From the IMG/VR virus record IMGVR_UViG_643886092_000009: DNA of 64,000 nucleotides; one strand, given 5' to 3'. The notes under the pieces were generated by a model. The model was not told the origin of the DNA. It ran no database searches and saw only the letters and a program-made list of their open reading frames with translations. This stretch comes from an uncultured virus (IMG/VR IMGVR_UViG_643886092_000009). Its lineage: Duplodnaviria; Heunggongvirae; Uroviricota; Caudoviricetes. A program made the position numbers and the translations under genes. Shown piece by piece: positions 49,697 through 59,137 of this stretch (position 1 is its first letter; every line of letters starts with the position of its first letter).

Positions 49697-50085
49697 AACG
49701 AGTAAAGTTATATTTAGATGATATAACAGGTAATTGGATGGTACAAGACCACGAAACAGAGAAGACATATGATTTAGAAGAGTTGTTGTCTGTACCTTTA
49801 GGCGGTGATGTATTAATTACAAACAACAAGTTACCAGTATCAAGAGTGAAAGGTTTTAAAACAGTAACACATAATGAAGCAGTCGAACTTGTTATAAAAG
49901 GTCACAAGTTATATACACCAGCTTTAGACAGTTATGTGAAGATTCAAGAGTATCAATTAAAATCTGAACTTGTTTGGAGAGATTTATACGATAATGATAT
50001 GTCACCTATTTATTCTAAATTAAACTATGATTATGTTCGTAAAAACCAATGGTTGGTAAAGGAGGAAGACTATGAAACAGCCTAA
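49693..50085 (+). CDS. family H paralog
   Basis: VTHNEAV..V..G...WRD...DM.P...VRKNQW. Confidence 0.8.
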   Translation: MKRVKLYLDDITGNWMVQDHETEKTYDLEELLSVPLGGDVLITNNKLPVSRVKGFKTVTHNEAVELVIKGHKLYTPALDSYVKIQEYQLKSELVWRDLYDNDMSPIYSKLNYDYVRKNQWLVKEEDYETA

Positions 50086-50773
50086 AATTAATATTCAAGG
50101 TAAGATTTATAAGGTATTAGAACTAGGTTTCCATTCAAAGACAGGTGAGTTAGATAAGGTATTGTTTCAAATTAAAGAGTATAATCACTGTCATATATTT
50201 AAAAAGAATACAATGGTTAATGATAAATTGACAGAAGACTTACCAATTACAGAAACAACAAGACATCCTTATCATGACTATTACCATTCCCCTGACTTAG
50301 TAAGTTTACTTATCTTTGACGATGGAAAGAATGACGAAACGTTTGATATACATTCTAGAATTAGATTAGGACAATTTATACGTACATTTCTTGGACTAGA
50401 CTTAAGTATACATGACTTAAAAGATGTAGTAGATGAACTTCCACAAGAGATTGTGACAAGAGGTTTCGAGTTAGATGTACAAGGTTCTGATGTAAACGGT
50501 CTTTTATCTAACTGGGTATGTGAAAATAAAGAGTTAATTAAAAGCAAGAAAACATTTGATAGTGAATATTTAAACTCTATTCGTGAAGCTGTTTTACAAG
50601 CTTTAAACGAATATATTACAGATGAACAGGTTCGAGAAGTTGCATTCCATCTTCCTACTGATATTCTAAAACTTGTTGAAGAGTTTGGAAATAATGGGGT
50701 AGAGGTATTAGACTACATTTATAGATGGTCTAATGAGCATATTGAACTAATTGAAAGCTTTAAAACTAAGTAA
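50072..50773 (+). CDS. hypothetical protein with internal C-terminal duplication
   Basis: two ...V...LP.(E/D)I....W..E..ELI.S.KT units. Confidence 0.75.
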   Translation: MKQPKINIQGKIYKVLELGFHSKTGELDKVLFQIKEYNHCHIFKKNTMVNDKLTEDLPITETTRHPYHDYYHSPDLVSLLIFDDGKNDETFDIHSRIRLGQFIRTFLGLDLSIHDLKDVVDELPQEIVTRGFELDVQGSDVNGLLSNWVCENKELIKSKKTFDSEYLNSIREAVLQALNEYITDEQVREVAFHLPTDILKLVEEFGNNGVEVLDYIYRWSNEHIELIESFKTK

Positions 50774-50978
50774 AAGATAAAGGTTGTTGTATATGACTAT
50801 GCAAAATGTATATTTACTACTTTCTTTAATACTAACATCTATTACGTTAAACTTAGTTGTAATGAAAAGACACAATAAAGATAAAGTAAAGACTCGTCAT
50901 ATTGTTGAGTCTTTACTTTTGACAATAGGAGTAATTGGATTCCATTTACTTTATTTTAATTAAAACAGGAGGGTAAAC

Positions 50979-51230
50979 ATGAACTACATAAACACAATCC
51001 ATGCCGAAACATTATTCTACGTGTTAGGTAGTTTAACAGGGGTAATGACTGTATTTTTCATTTACTTGAAACTAAGAAATCTGTATACAATCAGCAATCA
51101 TTTAATTAGTACTTTTGCATTAGCAACAGCAGGTTTCTTTATTTACAACTATTTTATTATTCAAAACAGCGGGAGCAACTTTTTAAGTTTACCAGTGATT
51201 CATGATTTTATGCGAATAGTAACTCCATAA
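50979..51230 (+). CDS. small membrane protein
   Basis: hydrophobic; RBS. Confidence 0.7.
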   Translation: MNYINTIHAETLFYVLGSLTGVMTVFFIYLKLRNLYTISNHLISTFALATAGFFIYNYFIIQNSGSNFLSLPVIHDFMRIVTP

Positions 51231-51246
51231 AGGAAGTGAAACAGGT

Positions 51247-51447
51247 ATGTTATTTACGTTTGTTATACATCTAGAAGGAAGTAAGCAGAGGGGTTTAGTG
51301 AAGAGTTTTGACTTCACAATACAAGCTGAGTCTTATGCAAAGAAACTTATATCTGAGAAAGCTGAGACAATCAAGGTAGAAATCTTTCAATACGTAGACA
51401 GTAGCTTTATTCTTATAGACAGTGTATATAACGTAGAGAAAGAATAA
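51247..51447 (+). CDS. hypothetical protein
   Basis: 66-aa ORF. Confidence 0.6.
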   Translation: MLFTFVIHLEGSKQRGLVKSFDFTIQAESYAKKLISEKAETIKVEIFQYVDSSFILIDSVYNVEKE

Positions 51448-51467
51448 GAAATTAGGGGTATTTCATC

Positions 51468-51623
51468 ATGAACTCATATGGATGTATTACATTAGGTATT
51501 TTCACACTTGTTTGTTTATCTATTCTAAGACGGGCATATAAGGAGAGAAGATTTAGTTTTGTCGAACTACTAATACTAGGTCTATCGACTTATATTCTCG
51601 TTTTTGGTTTATATAAAATGTAA
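51468..51623 (+). CDS. small 2-TM protein (51 aa, not in ORF track)
   Basis: paralog of 47690..47857. Confidence 0.6.
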   Translation: MNSYGCITLGIFTLVCLSILRRAYKERRFSFVELLILGLSTYILVFGLYKM

Positions 51624-51849
51624 GAACTGATTTAAGGTGTAATTTTACCATGAAAAATAGCAATTTAAAACTTTTCATAATTTTGAAAGAAAAATAATAA
51701 ATTTGCTAACAGGTAGGTATAAATACCTTAACAAAGAAAAATTTTAATAAACGAAATAAGCTTCTGAACTCTATTTATACGTAAAGAACAGATAAGTATA
51801 ATAGGTTAGATGAAGTAATTGAAAAGAGAACATATTTTAAAAATTTAAG

Positions 51850-51923
51850 TAACTTTACCTATGAATTACTGTCTGTAGGAAAGAAGAAAACGAGTAAGAT
51901 TTTTCATCAGTTTTTAACCAAAC
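51850..51923 (+). repeat. dispersed fixed-spacing motif, copy 3
   Basis: TAACTT-N14-TGTCTG-N20-AAGATTTTT...ACCAAAC. Confidence 0.55.
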
Positions 51924-51986
51924 AGAGGTAAAATCTAGGATAAAACCTAGTTTAATATAATATAAACAGTATAGGAGGTAATACAA

Positions 51987-52358
51987 ATGTATAATTCAAG
52001 ACGTGATGTATTTGATGGATTAGTTTCCTTGGAAGATTACGCAAAAGTAGTAGAACTTATGCTAAAGTTAGAGGGTGAGAAACTAAAAGCAGAATCAATT
52101 CGTAGTGCCGTTAAAGAAATTAGGGGTATTGCACAAAACGAACATGTAGTTACAGAACCCGAATTAAATGAATTTATAAACGATGCTAACCGCATTAAGA
52201 ACACATTTAATTATGTGGCTGAACATTTCCCTTCAACAAAGTCATTCATTGAAAAGTACATTACTGTTCATACAGAAGTGATTGATAAATCTGTAGACTT
52301 TTATCGTAATGGCGGTAGTAAGAAGGATGATAACTTAGAAAACACGATTTGGGGCTAA
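51987..52358 (+). CDS. hypothetical protein
   Basis: AGGAGGT RBS. Confidence 0.75.
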   Translation: MYNSRRDVFDGLVSLEDYAKVVELMLKLEGEKLKAESIRSAVKEIRGIAQNEHVVTEPELNEFINDANRIKNTFNYVAEHFPSTKSFIEKYITVHTEVIDKSVDFYRNGGSKKDDNLENTIWG

Positions 52359-52362
52359 ACTT

Positions 52363-52566
52363 ATGTATGAGATACTGTATGGGGTAGGATTGTTTGTTTA
52401 CTTTTATATGTGTATTAAAACTCTTTTATATTATAAGAAAACAAATAAAGTAAATGAACTAGGTATTACACTAGTAATTATAATAGGTTTTGGTCTACTT
52501 TATTTTATGCCTGAGACTTTAAGAGATATGTTACCTTACTTGGCTACACCTTTAGCTTTTAATTGA
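52363..52566 (+). CDS. small membrane protein
   Basis: two hydrophobic segments. Confidence 0.65.
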   Translation: MYEILYGVGLFVYFYMCIKTLLYYKKTNKVNELGITLVIIIGFGLLYFMPETLRDMLPYLATPLAFN

Positions 52567-52627
52567 GTACCTATTAGACTTGGCGGTCTTGGAACTGGGG
52601 TACTACAAAACGAAAGAGGTTATCAAA

Positions 52628-53029
52628 ATGGGTTTACATTCAGGTTTTTATACATTAAACAACAAGGAATTAGAGAAGGAAGACAGATTACATTACAAAA
52701 CAAAAGCTACAGAGAAATATGACTTTTTCGGTAACGGAATCATATATCAATGGTTTATTCGTAAGGTAATGAACAGCGAACCTTCTTATGATTACTTTAA
52801 AATTAACAAAGAAATGGTACAAGAACTACGAGACACATGTGAAAGAGTATGGAACGACCATGAGTTGGGCTATACGGAATTACCATTCAATAAAGTCTGG
52901 AGGGGTAGATTCTCTCAAAACGATAAAAGTTATTTCGAGTACATTGAAAAAGCTATAGAATGGTTAGACTTCATACTAGAGTATCATGATTTTGAAAAAG
53001 AAACATTATATTATAGTGCAGATTGGTAA
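52628..53029 (+). CDS. phage-type hypothetical protein
   Basis: GAGGT RBS; MGL...I.QWF...LP...YF...DFE...YY.ADW pattern recalled from phage proteins. Confidence 0.7.
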   Translation: MGLHSGFYTLNNKELEKEDRLHYKTKATEKYDFFGNGIIYQWFIRKVMNSEPSYDYFKINKEMVQELRDTCERVWNDHELGYTELPFNKVWRGRFSQNDKSYFEYIEKAIEWLDFILEYHDFEKETLYYSADW

Positions 53030-53034
53030 GAAAA

Positions 53035-53325
53035 AGAGCCTATAGACCAATATCTTTTCTTTTAAGATAAAGGGACTATAGGCTCTATGTGAAGGAACTC
53101 GGACAATTCTTCATATGTCAGTAAAGAATCATCCTTCAGCGAGAATGGGGTAAACTCGGTATGGGGTTAGGTACATCAATGCCTAAAACCAAAAATTGAT
53201 GTATAGAACTGAGCGTTAGAGTGTATAGAATGTTTACCCCTTAGTTTAAACGAGTATTGCAAATGTAAGTACTGAGTTTATAAGAAACCGACTATCAATT
53301 AGAGGTAGTCGGTTTCTTCATTTAT
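53035..53325 (+). ncRNA. candidate structured RNA with pseudoknot
   Basis: five consecutive hairpin domains; G-U pairs favour the + strand; terminator-like 3' hairpin. Confidence 0.5.
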
Positions 53326-53470
53326 AGATTTACCAATATGAGTGAAGAAAATACAGGTAAATACTGGACGAAATTATAAGAGGTATAAAGTAGCGTAAAA
53401 GTAAAATCTACTATAATGAATTTATGAAACTATATTTAATATATTAATAGACAGGAAAGAGGTAAAAGAA

Positions 53471-54022
53471 ATGAGTCAAGTAGTTAACTTAGAAGAGTTA
53501 TTCGCATTACAAAAAGTGTTAGACACTCGTATCGTATTAGAACATCCGATTCAAGAAGGTGAAGACCGATTAGGTAAGAAGTTCTTAGCGTTAAGTGTTG
53601 AGTTATATGAATGGATTAATGAGTTACCTGAGACGTTTAAGTATTGGAGTAACAAGAAGAACAAATACGAAGAATCATTGAAAGAATATGTAGACGGATT
53701 ACATTTCATTCTATCAATTGGTTTGGAACTTGGCTTTGATACAAAACAAGACATTCATGTAGTATATGGAACAGAGTTTTTAGGGGAAGAATCCTTAGTA
53801 GGTTCATTCCATCAAAAGTTTATGATATTCAATACATTAGTAAACAAGGTATATGTTTACCGTGACACAGAACCAAATCAGCATAGTCACAAAGCGTATG
53901 TAAACATGTTATCTTCTTACCTAAAACTAGGTGAAGAAATGGGATACAAAACAGAAGATGTAATCATTTACTACAAGCATAAGAACGAAGTAAATCACAA
54001 GCGACAAACGAATAATTACTAA
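53471..54022 (+). CDS. dimeric (all-alpha) dUTPase
   Basis: AL.VEL.E..NE..FKYWS, EYVDGLHFILSIG, KN.VNH.RQ..NY. Confidence 0.88.
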   Translation: MSQVVNLEELFALQKVLDTRIVLEHPIQEGEDRLGKKFLALSVELYEWINELPETFKYWSNKKNKYEESLKEYVDGLHFILSIGLELGFDTKQDIHVVYGTEFLGEESLVGSFHQKFMIFNTLVNKVYVYRDTEPNQHSHKAYVNMLSSYLKLGEEMGYKTEDVIIYYKHKNEVNHKRQTNNY

Positions 54023-54039
54023 GTAAGGAGGGGTAGTAT

Positions 54040-55908
54040 ATGTCAGTTGAAGAGTTAAAAGACCAAGAGGTACATGGTGATGAAGAAGATTTTGAAGATG
54101 AAGACGAATTAATTGATGAAGAAGACGATGAAGAGTTCATCGAAGAGGAAGAAGACGAAGAACTAGAAGATGACGATGAAGAGGAATTTATTGAAGACGA
54201 GGACGAAGAGTTCGAGGAAGAGGATGATGAAGACCTAGAGGAAGATGAAGAGGATTTCGAGGAAGAGGACGAAGACCTTGACGAAGAAGATGATGAGGAA
54301 TTAGAAGAAGACGAAGATGATTTAGATGAAGACGAACTTGATGATTCAGAAGACGAAACTATCGAAGAAGAATCAGAAGAGGAAGGTCAAGAAATTGAGG
54401 ATGAACCTGTTATTGGTGAGGGTATATTTCAACCAGTAGAAGAACCGAGTGAGGTATTCCTACAAAACCCTTCTGTTGATTTAGGAAGTGGTATTGTATT
54501 AGATGCTAACTCTGGTGAAAACCTAGAAGACCGTCCTAGAGTTGTATTAGAAAAGAATATGGATACAGACGAGATTGAAGATTCTGAGTCTCGTGAAACA
54601 TTGAGTTTACTAAGTAGTACTTCTGAAACGTTATCTGATATGGGTATAGAAAAGGAAAATTACACGCTAACTTACGTAAATAATATTAAACTTACGAAAA
54701 TAGCGATTAGTGAGCCAATGAAGAAAGGTAGAGCATCAACAATTGTCGGTTTAACGAAGTCAATCGGTGAATTAGGGGTAGTAACGCCAATTCATTTAAT
54801 GAAACTAGAAACCGCAGATGAAGATGAAGATTCGGACATGCCAGCTTATCAAACTATTGATGGGTTAAGACGTATCTATAGTTCTGTTAAGAATAACTTA
54901 GAAACAATACCTGCAATTGTTTGGGACTTTAAAGATAAACAGAAAGGTAGACAAGCCGCACTTATCTTAGGTCTTACATTAAACCGTCAACAAAAGAGAA
55001 CATGGTCTGAGATTTGGGATTTATATACTATCTTAGAACGTCAAACTCAAATTAAACCAAACACATTTGAGTCACTCTTCCAATTAGAGGGCGGAGACGC
55101 TATGAAATTGAAAGATGTAGTACTAAGTGAGTATACAGAAGTCAAAGAAGAGTTATTTTCTAATGAAAAGACTCTAGAACAATGTTATAAAAACTTACAA
55201 AAGCTACGTAAGGAAGAAAATACACTAGAGATTGAAGACCAAACTGGTTTCGCTGATACAAGTGATATGGCAAAAGATGTAGTAGAAGGGGAAGAAAAAC
55301 CTGAGGTACAGTTGTCTAACGATGAAGTATTAGCTATCCTTGAAATGGGAGAAGCACTAGATAAAGAGATAAACCCTGATGACTTCGGTAGTATGGGAGA
55401 CATGTTTGGGGAAGTTACACATCAAGATGTGAAGAACCGTAAACCAGTTGACCCAATAATCAAACAACAGACTTTAGCTAGGGATGACTACCGTTGTAGA
55501 TGTTGCGGAACTGGTGGGAAAGCCTTCTTATCTACGATAATTTTCCATCACATCGTTCCTGTTCATGCAGGTGGACCGGATACTGTAGCTAACGGTTTAA
55601 CACTTTGCGACTCTTGTCACATCACACTTCATGTAATAGAGCGAAACGGTAGGCTTCCTCTTACAGAAGAAGAATTTAAAGAGTATGAACCAGAAGACCA
55701 ATGGAGAATCAAAAATATCCTTCATTATGCTCGAATTGCTATCATGGCAGGTAAGAATAAAGGTCTAACTGACGAACAAAGAAAAGAGTTAGCTAAGTCA
55801 GGTACAAGACATCGTATGCCAGGTGAAGGAAATAAAGAAAATCAACAAGGTTTTGCTTTATATGAACAAGACCGAGAAGATAAAAAGAAAGAAGAAACTA
55901 CAGCATAG
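54040..55908 (+). CDS. acidic tract + ParB/Srx-like + HNH endonuclease fusion
   Basis: about 115-aa D/E tract; SIGELGVVTPI...IDGLRR; CRCCG...HHIVP..AGG....NGLTLCDSCH..LH. Confidence 0.8.
   Translation: MSVEELKDQEVHGDEEDFEDEDELIDEEDDEEFIEEEEDEELEDDDEEEFIEDEDEEFEEEDDEDLEEDEEDFEEEDEDLDEEDDEELEEDEDDLDEDELDDSEDETIEEESEEEGQEIEDEPVIGEGIFQPVEEPSEVFLQNPSVDLGSGIVLDANSGENLEDRPRVVLEKNMDTDEIEDSESRETLSLLSSTSETLSDMGIEKENYTLTYVNNIKLTKIAISEPMKKGRASTIVGLTKSIGELGVVTPIHLMKLETADEDEDSDMPAYQTIDGLRRIYSSVKNNLETIPAIVWDFKDKQKGRQAALILGLTLNRQQKRTWSEIWDLYTILERQTQIKPNTFESLFQLEGGDAMKLKDVVLSEYTEVKEELFSNEKTLEQCYKNLQKLRKEENTLEIEDQTGFADTSDMAKDVVEGEEKPEVQLSNDEVLAILEMGEALDKEINPDDFGSMGDMFGEVTHQDVKNRKPVDPIIKQQTLARDDYRCRCCGTGGKAFLSTIIFHHIVPVHAGGPDTVANGLTLCDSCHITLHVIERNGRLPLTEEEFKEYEPEDQWRIKNILHYARIAIMAGKNKGLTDEQRKELAKSGTRHRMPGEGNKENQQGFALYEQDREDKKKEETTA
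54070..54405 (+). repeat. GAA/GAT/GAG/GAC low-complexity coding tract
   Basis: encodes poly-Asp/Glu with a periodic F/L/I. Confidence 0.9.
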
Positions 55909-55971
55909 TAAAGGGGTAGGAAACTATCTCTTTTCTTGCTGAAATTAGGGGACAATGGAGGAACAACGATA

Positions 55972-56442
55972 ATGAATAAAGAGTTTGAATTTAAAGGTGC
56001 AGGGAAATCGAAAATAGTAATAGACGGTAATTTCATCCGTATATCTCGTAAAGGGTTTATGAACCTTATGAATCACGGTCTAGGCGGTGAGAAGACAATA
56101 GATTTGAATAACGTAACAGGTGTTCAAATGAAGAAAGCAGGACTTACAAACGGTTATATTCAGTTTATCTTTGTAGGTAGTCAAGAGAGCAAGAAGGGTG
56201 TATTTGCAGCAACTCAAGATGAAAATACAGTTATGTTTACGAAGAAAGAGCAACCTAAAGCAGAAGAAATTAAGAAGTATGTAGAAAACTTCCTTGCTAA
56301 CAAAAGTAAACCACAAGTTGCAAGTACAGTAGAATCCGTTAGCATATCAGACGAAATTGTAAAGTTAAACGATTTAAAAGAAAAAGGTATTCTTACAGAA
56401 GAAGAATTCCAAGCAAAGAAAAAGCAACTACTAGGGCTTTAA
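55972..56442 (+). CDS. DUF4429-like protein with C-terminal SHOCT domain
   Basis: GEKTI...TGVQMKKAGLTNGYIQF; LKEKGILTEEEFQAKKKQLL. Confidence 0.8.
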   Translation: MNKEFEFKGAGKSKIVIDGNFIRISRKGFMNLMNHGLGGEKTIDLNNVTGVQMKKAGLTNGYIQFIFVGSQESKKGVFAATQDENTVMFTKKEQPKAEEIKKYVENFLANKSKPQVASTVESVSISDEIVKLNDLKEKGILTEEEFQAKKKQLLGL

Positions 56443-56464
56443 TCACAAGAAGGGGTAGATAAAC

Positions 56465-56707
56465 ATGGCAAGAACAAAATGGGTTAAGCAACCAAACTTT
56501 GAACAATACCACAGTCACCATATTACAATAGAACATTATGGTGAGAAAGTACCAATGTATACAATTTTATTAAACCCGCAGATTGGTAGATATGTGATAG
56601 GTAGTTTTTACGCATTCACAAGTGAGTATACACCATTCCAACCACATTTAAACTTCGGTACAGTAGAAGAAGCAAAGAAATACATTGATTCAAACTATAA
56701 CAAGTAA
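56465..56707 (+). CDS. hypothetical protein
   Basis: ORF with RBS. Confidence 0.7.
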   Translation: MARTKWVKQPNFEQYHSHHITIEHYGEKVPMYTILLNPQIGRYVIGSFYAFTSEYTPFQPHLNFGTVEEAKKYIDSNYNK

Positions 56708-57161
56708 GTTAGAAAGCCACCTTATATGAAAACGTAAGGTGGTCTTCTTTTAAACGATAAAGGAGGAAAATTACATGTTTTCAAAACGAATGATTATAAT
56801 CTCTATTCTTTCTATGTTAAGTCTTGCAACTATTATAGACTATAGTAGAGTAGGAGGTAGAAGCCTAACTCATGGGTGTTTACTAGCTATACTAGGTTTA
56901 TTACTTGTAATATATGTAGAAAAGACGCAAAAGAAAACAAAGTAAACAGCTAAGACAGAAGAAAGAGGTCACACATGAACGAAAGAGGTAAGTTAGCGTG
57001 TTTGATTACAGGGGTATTTGCACTAGGTCATATATTCAGTTATTGGTTAATAGGTAGCCTAAACATTATATCTTTTATCTTGTCCTTACTAGGAGGGGTA
57101 GCAGGATTTTGGGTACTAGCTAGACTAGAAGGTGTAATTTAAAGAATAGGAGGAACGATAA

Positions 57162-57344
57162 ATGAAGAAAATAGAAGTAGTTTCAGCAGTTTGTTTCTTT
57201 TTGGTTGTAGTTGTATCAAACTTACTATTAGAAGCCTTATTCGATAACTTAGAGTTATCTATTGTAATCAGTGTAGCGTTAGGTATCTTAGTATACTACG
57301 GTTTTGATATGAAGAACAAAGAAGTAACTACACAAGACGGGTAG
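57162..57344 (+). CDS. small 2-TM protein
   Basis: AGGAGG RBS. Confidence 0.65.
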   Translation: MKKIEVVSAVCFFLVVVVSNLLLEALFDNLELSIVISVALGILVYYGFDMKNKEVTTQDG

Positions 57345-57373
57345 CTTGTGTAACAGGGTAAGGAGGGAAGTTT

Positions 57374-57583
57374 ATGTGGAAGAAAAGCATAGACTATTGG
57401 TATCCAGTCCTAGCAGGTGGCGTTATGGGTGTGTTTGTAGGAGATATGTTATTCGAGTCTGAACTGATTGGTGCTACGTGGGGTATGGCAGTAGGTTTAG
57501 CGTTTATACCGAGTATCAAACCAAAAGGTAAGAAAAGGGAAGATGGGGAAGATGAGGAAGAGAAAGAAAAGAGGATTTTATGA
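57374..57583 (+). CDS. small 2-TM protein
   Basis: AGGAGG RBS. Confidence 0.65.
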   Translation: MWKKSIDYWYPVLAGGVMGVFVGDMLFESELIGATWGMAVGLAFIPSIKPKGKKREDGEDEEEKEKRIL

Positions 57584-57957
57584 CAGCAAGACTATATAAA
57601 GAAGTAGGAAGAACATTAAGAGTACAGAGAAAGCAACAAGGTCTATCATTAGACTCCGTATCAAAACAGGTAGGTATCAGTATAAACTACCTTTCTGAGT
57701 TAGAGAAGGGTGATAAAGGGAAAGTACCTTCTGATAATGTCCTTCAACGGTTAATAACTATATTAAACTTAAATGAGAAAGAGTTATACGTGGGTTTCGG
57801 AAAGATTCCATTATCGGTAGTAGAAGAGTTACAAAGTAATGAGAAACTATTAAGTATATTATATGGAGTAATTCACAATCCAAACGTATCAAGAGAAGAC
57901 TTCTATAATGACATGCAGAAACTATATTTTAAATACGCAAGTAGGTCACAGGGGTAG
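57580..57957 (+). CDS. XRE-family HTH regulator
   Basis: GLSLDSVSKQVGISINYLSELEKG. Confidence 0.88.
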   Translation: MTARLYKEVGRTLRVQRKQQGLSLDSVSKQVGISINYLSELEKGDKGKVPSDNVLQRLITILNLNEKELYVGFGKIPLSVVEELQSNEKLLSILYGVIHNPNVSREDFYNDMQKLYFKYASRSQG

Positions 57958-58020
57958 GTCGTTAGACTTACCTCTTTTCTTTATCCTGTACTTGACAAAT
58001 CAAGAAACTTATGTTATAAT
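57951..58020 (+). promoter_or_regulatory. terminator plus sigmaA promoter cassette
   Basis: GGGGTAGGTC / GACTTACCTC hairpin with T-tail, then TTGACA(57992)-N17-TATAAT. Confidence 0.85.
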
Positions 58021-58063
58021 AGTAGTATGGTAAATGAGAGAAAATACATAAGGAGTGTTGAAA

Positions 58064-59122
58064 ATGGCAAGTAGAGAACAGAGTTATGTAATTTTAGTTA
58101 CGAAAGATACAGACGTGAAGGAATTAGAGAAAAACTTTCCTGATATTAAACAAAACGCTGATTTGTTAGAAGATACAGTTCATTTACAAAGAAAAGATGT
58201 AGTAGTAAATTGGGAGTACTACAATCAAATACTAGAAACAGTTAATAATTATCAAGAAACAGAAGAATATAAATCAATAGCAAGAGTTTATACGAAACTA
58301 TATCATTCTACGATTAGTAGAATATTACATATCACATTTGATTTAGATTTAAGAAGACTTGGTTACGAAGGTTGTACTACAGATTTTGAAGAGATATTAA
58401 ACTTCATTTTACTGGAAAACATAACATTAAGCACACAAATTCCATTAGAAGGTGGAGAAACAACAGAGCAAGTAATTGTTACTTCTGAACAGTTACAGAA
58501 GTATTTAATGTATACAGAAACATACCGAAAAGGAAGTACAAGTATAAATCTTATTACTGAGTTAAGTGGGTATAAACCAGAATATAAAGAAGGTAGTAAA
58601 GAATTAGATTTCTCAAATGCACCGAAACGATTAGCTTTACCAATCAATCATGTAACAAAGAATTACGTTACATTTGAAGGAGATAAAACGTTAATTAGTT
58701 TTAAGTTAGTTACAAACGGTGGGGTAGAGTTATTCTTAAATAGACTTTTAACATTTACAAATACAGACTACGAACTAGAAATTGTAGACTTACAAAAAGC
58801 ATTTGAAAAAGTACATGAGAATGATTTTGTTTACTTTAACTTACTTTGCAATGAAAAAGCAGAGTCAGACGTAATACGTTTGGTACTAAGTTTGATTCGA
58901 GAAACAATTAATGTAAGCCCTCTACAAGAAACTACAATTATGTCTGTCTTAGTTCAAAGAGGGGTAGACAAAGAAATTACGTCAGAAAGTAGTTATTACT
59001 TTGTAACTGGTAAAGGATATACGCATGTTACAAAAGGAGAATACCATAACATGGTAGACCAATATAAAGAACATTTAACACAAACAAATGCAAATCTATT
59101 TGGATATGCAACATTCATGTAA
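58064..59122 (+). CDS. family I paralog 1
   Basis: RKDV, LPINHVT, EIVD, VYFNLLC. Confidence 0.85.
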   Translation: MASREQSYVILVTKDTDVKELEKNFPDIKQNADLLEDTVHLQRKDVVVNWEYYNQILETVNNYQETEEYKSIARVYTKLYHSTISRILHITFDLDLRRLGYEGCTTDFEEILNFILLENITLSTQIPLEGGETTEQVIVTSEQLQKYLMYTETYRKGSTSINLITELSGYKPEYKEGSKELDFSNAPKRLALPINHVTKNYVTFEGDKTLISFKLVTNGGVELFLNRLLTFTNTDYELEIVDLQKAFEKVHENDFVYFNLLCNEKAESDVIRLVLSLIRETINVSPLQETTIMSVLVQRGVDKEITSESSYYFVTGKGYTHVTKGEYHNMVDQYKEHLTQTNANLFGYATFM

Positions 59123-59137
59123 GGAGGAAGAAACGAT

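Noticed and set aside
53147..53240. tmRNA- or tRNA-like reading of the GGGG-starting pseudoknot domain
   Set aside because: No T-arm (TTCGA), no CCA end and no tag reading frame visible.
54070..54405. Assembly artefact in the GA-rich tract
   Set aside because: The codons are varied rather than a perfect tandem repeat, and the frame stays open into ordered domains.
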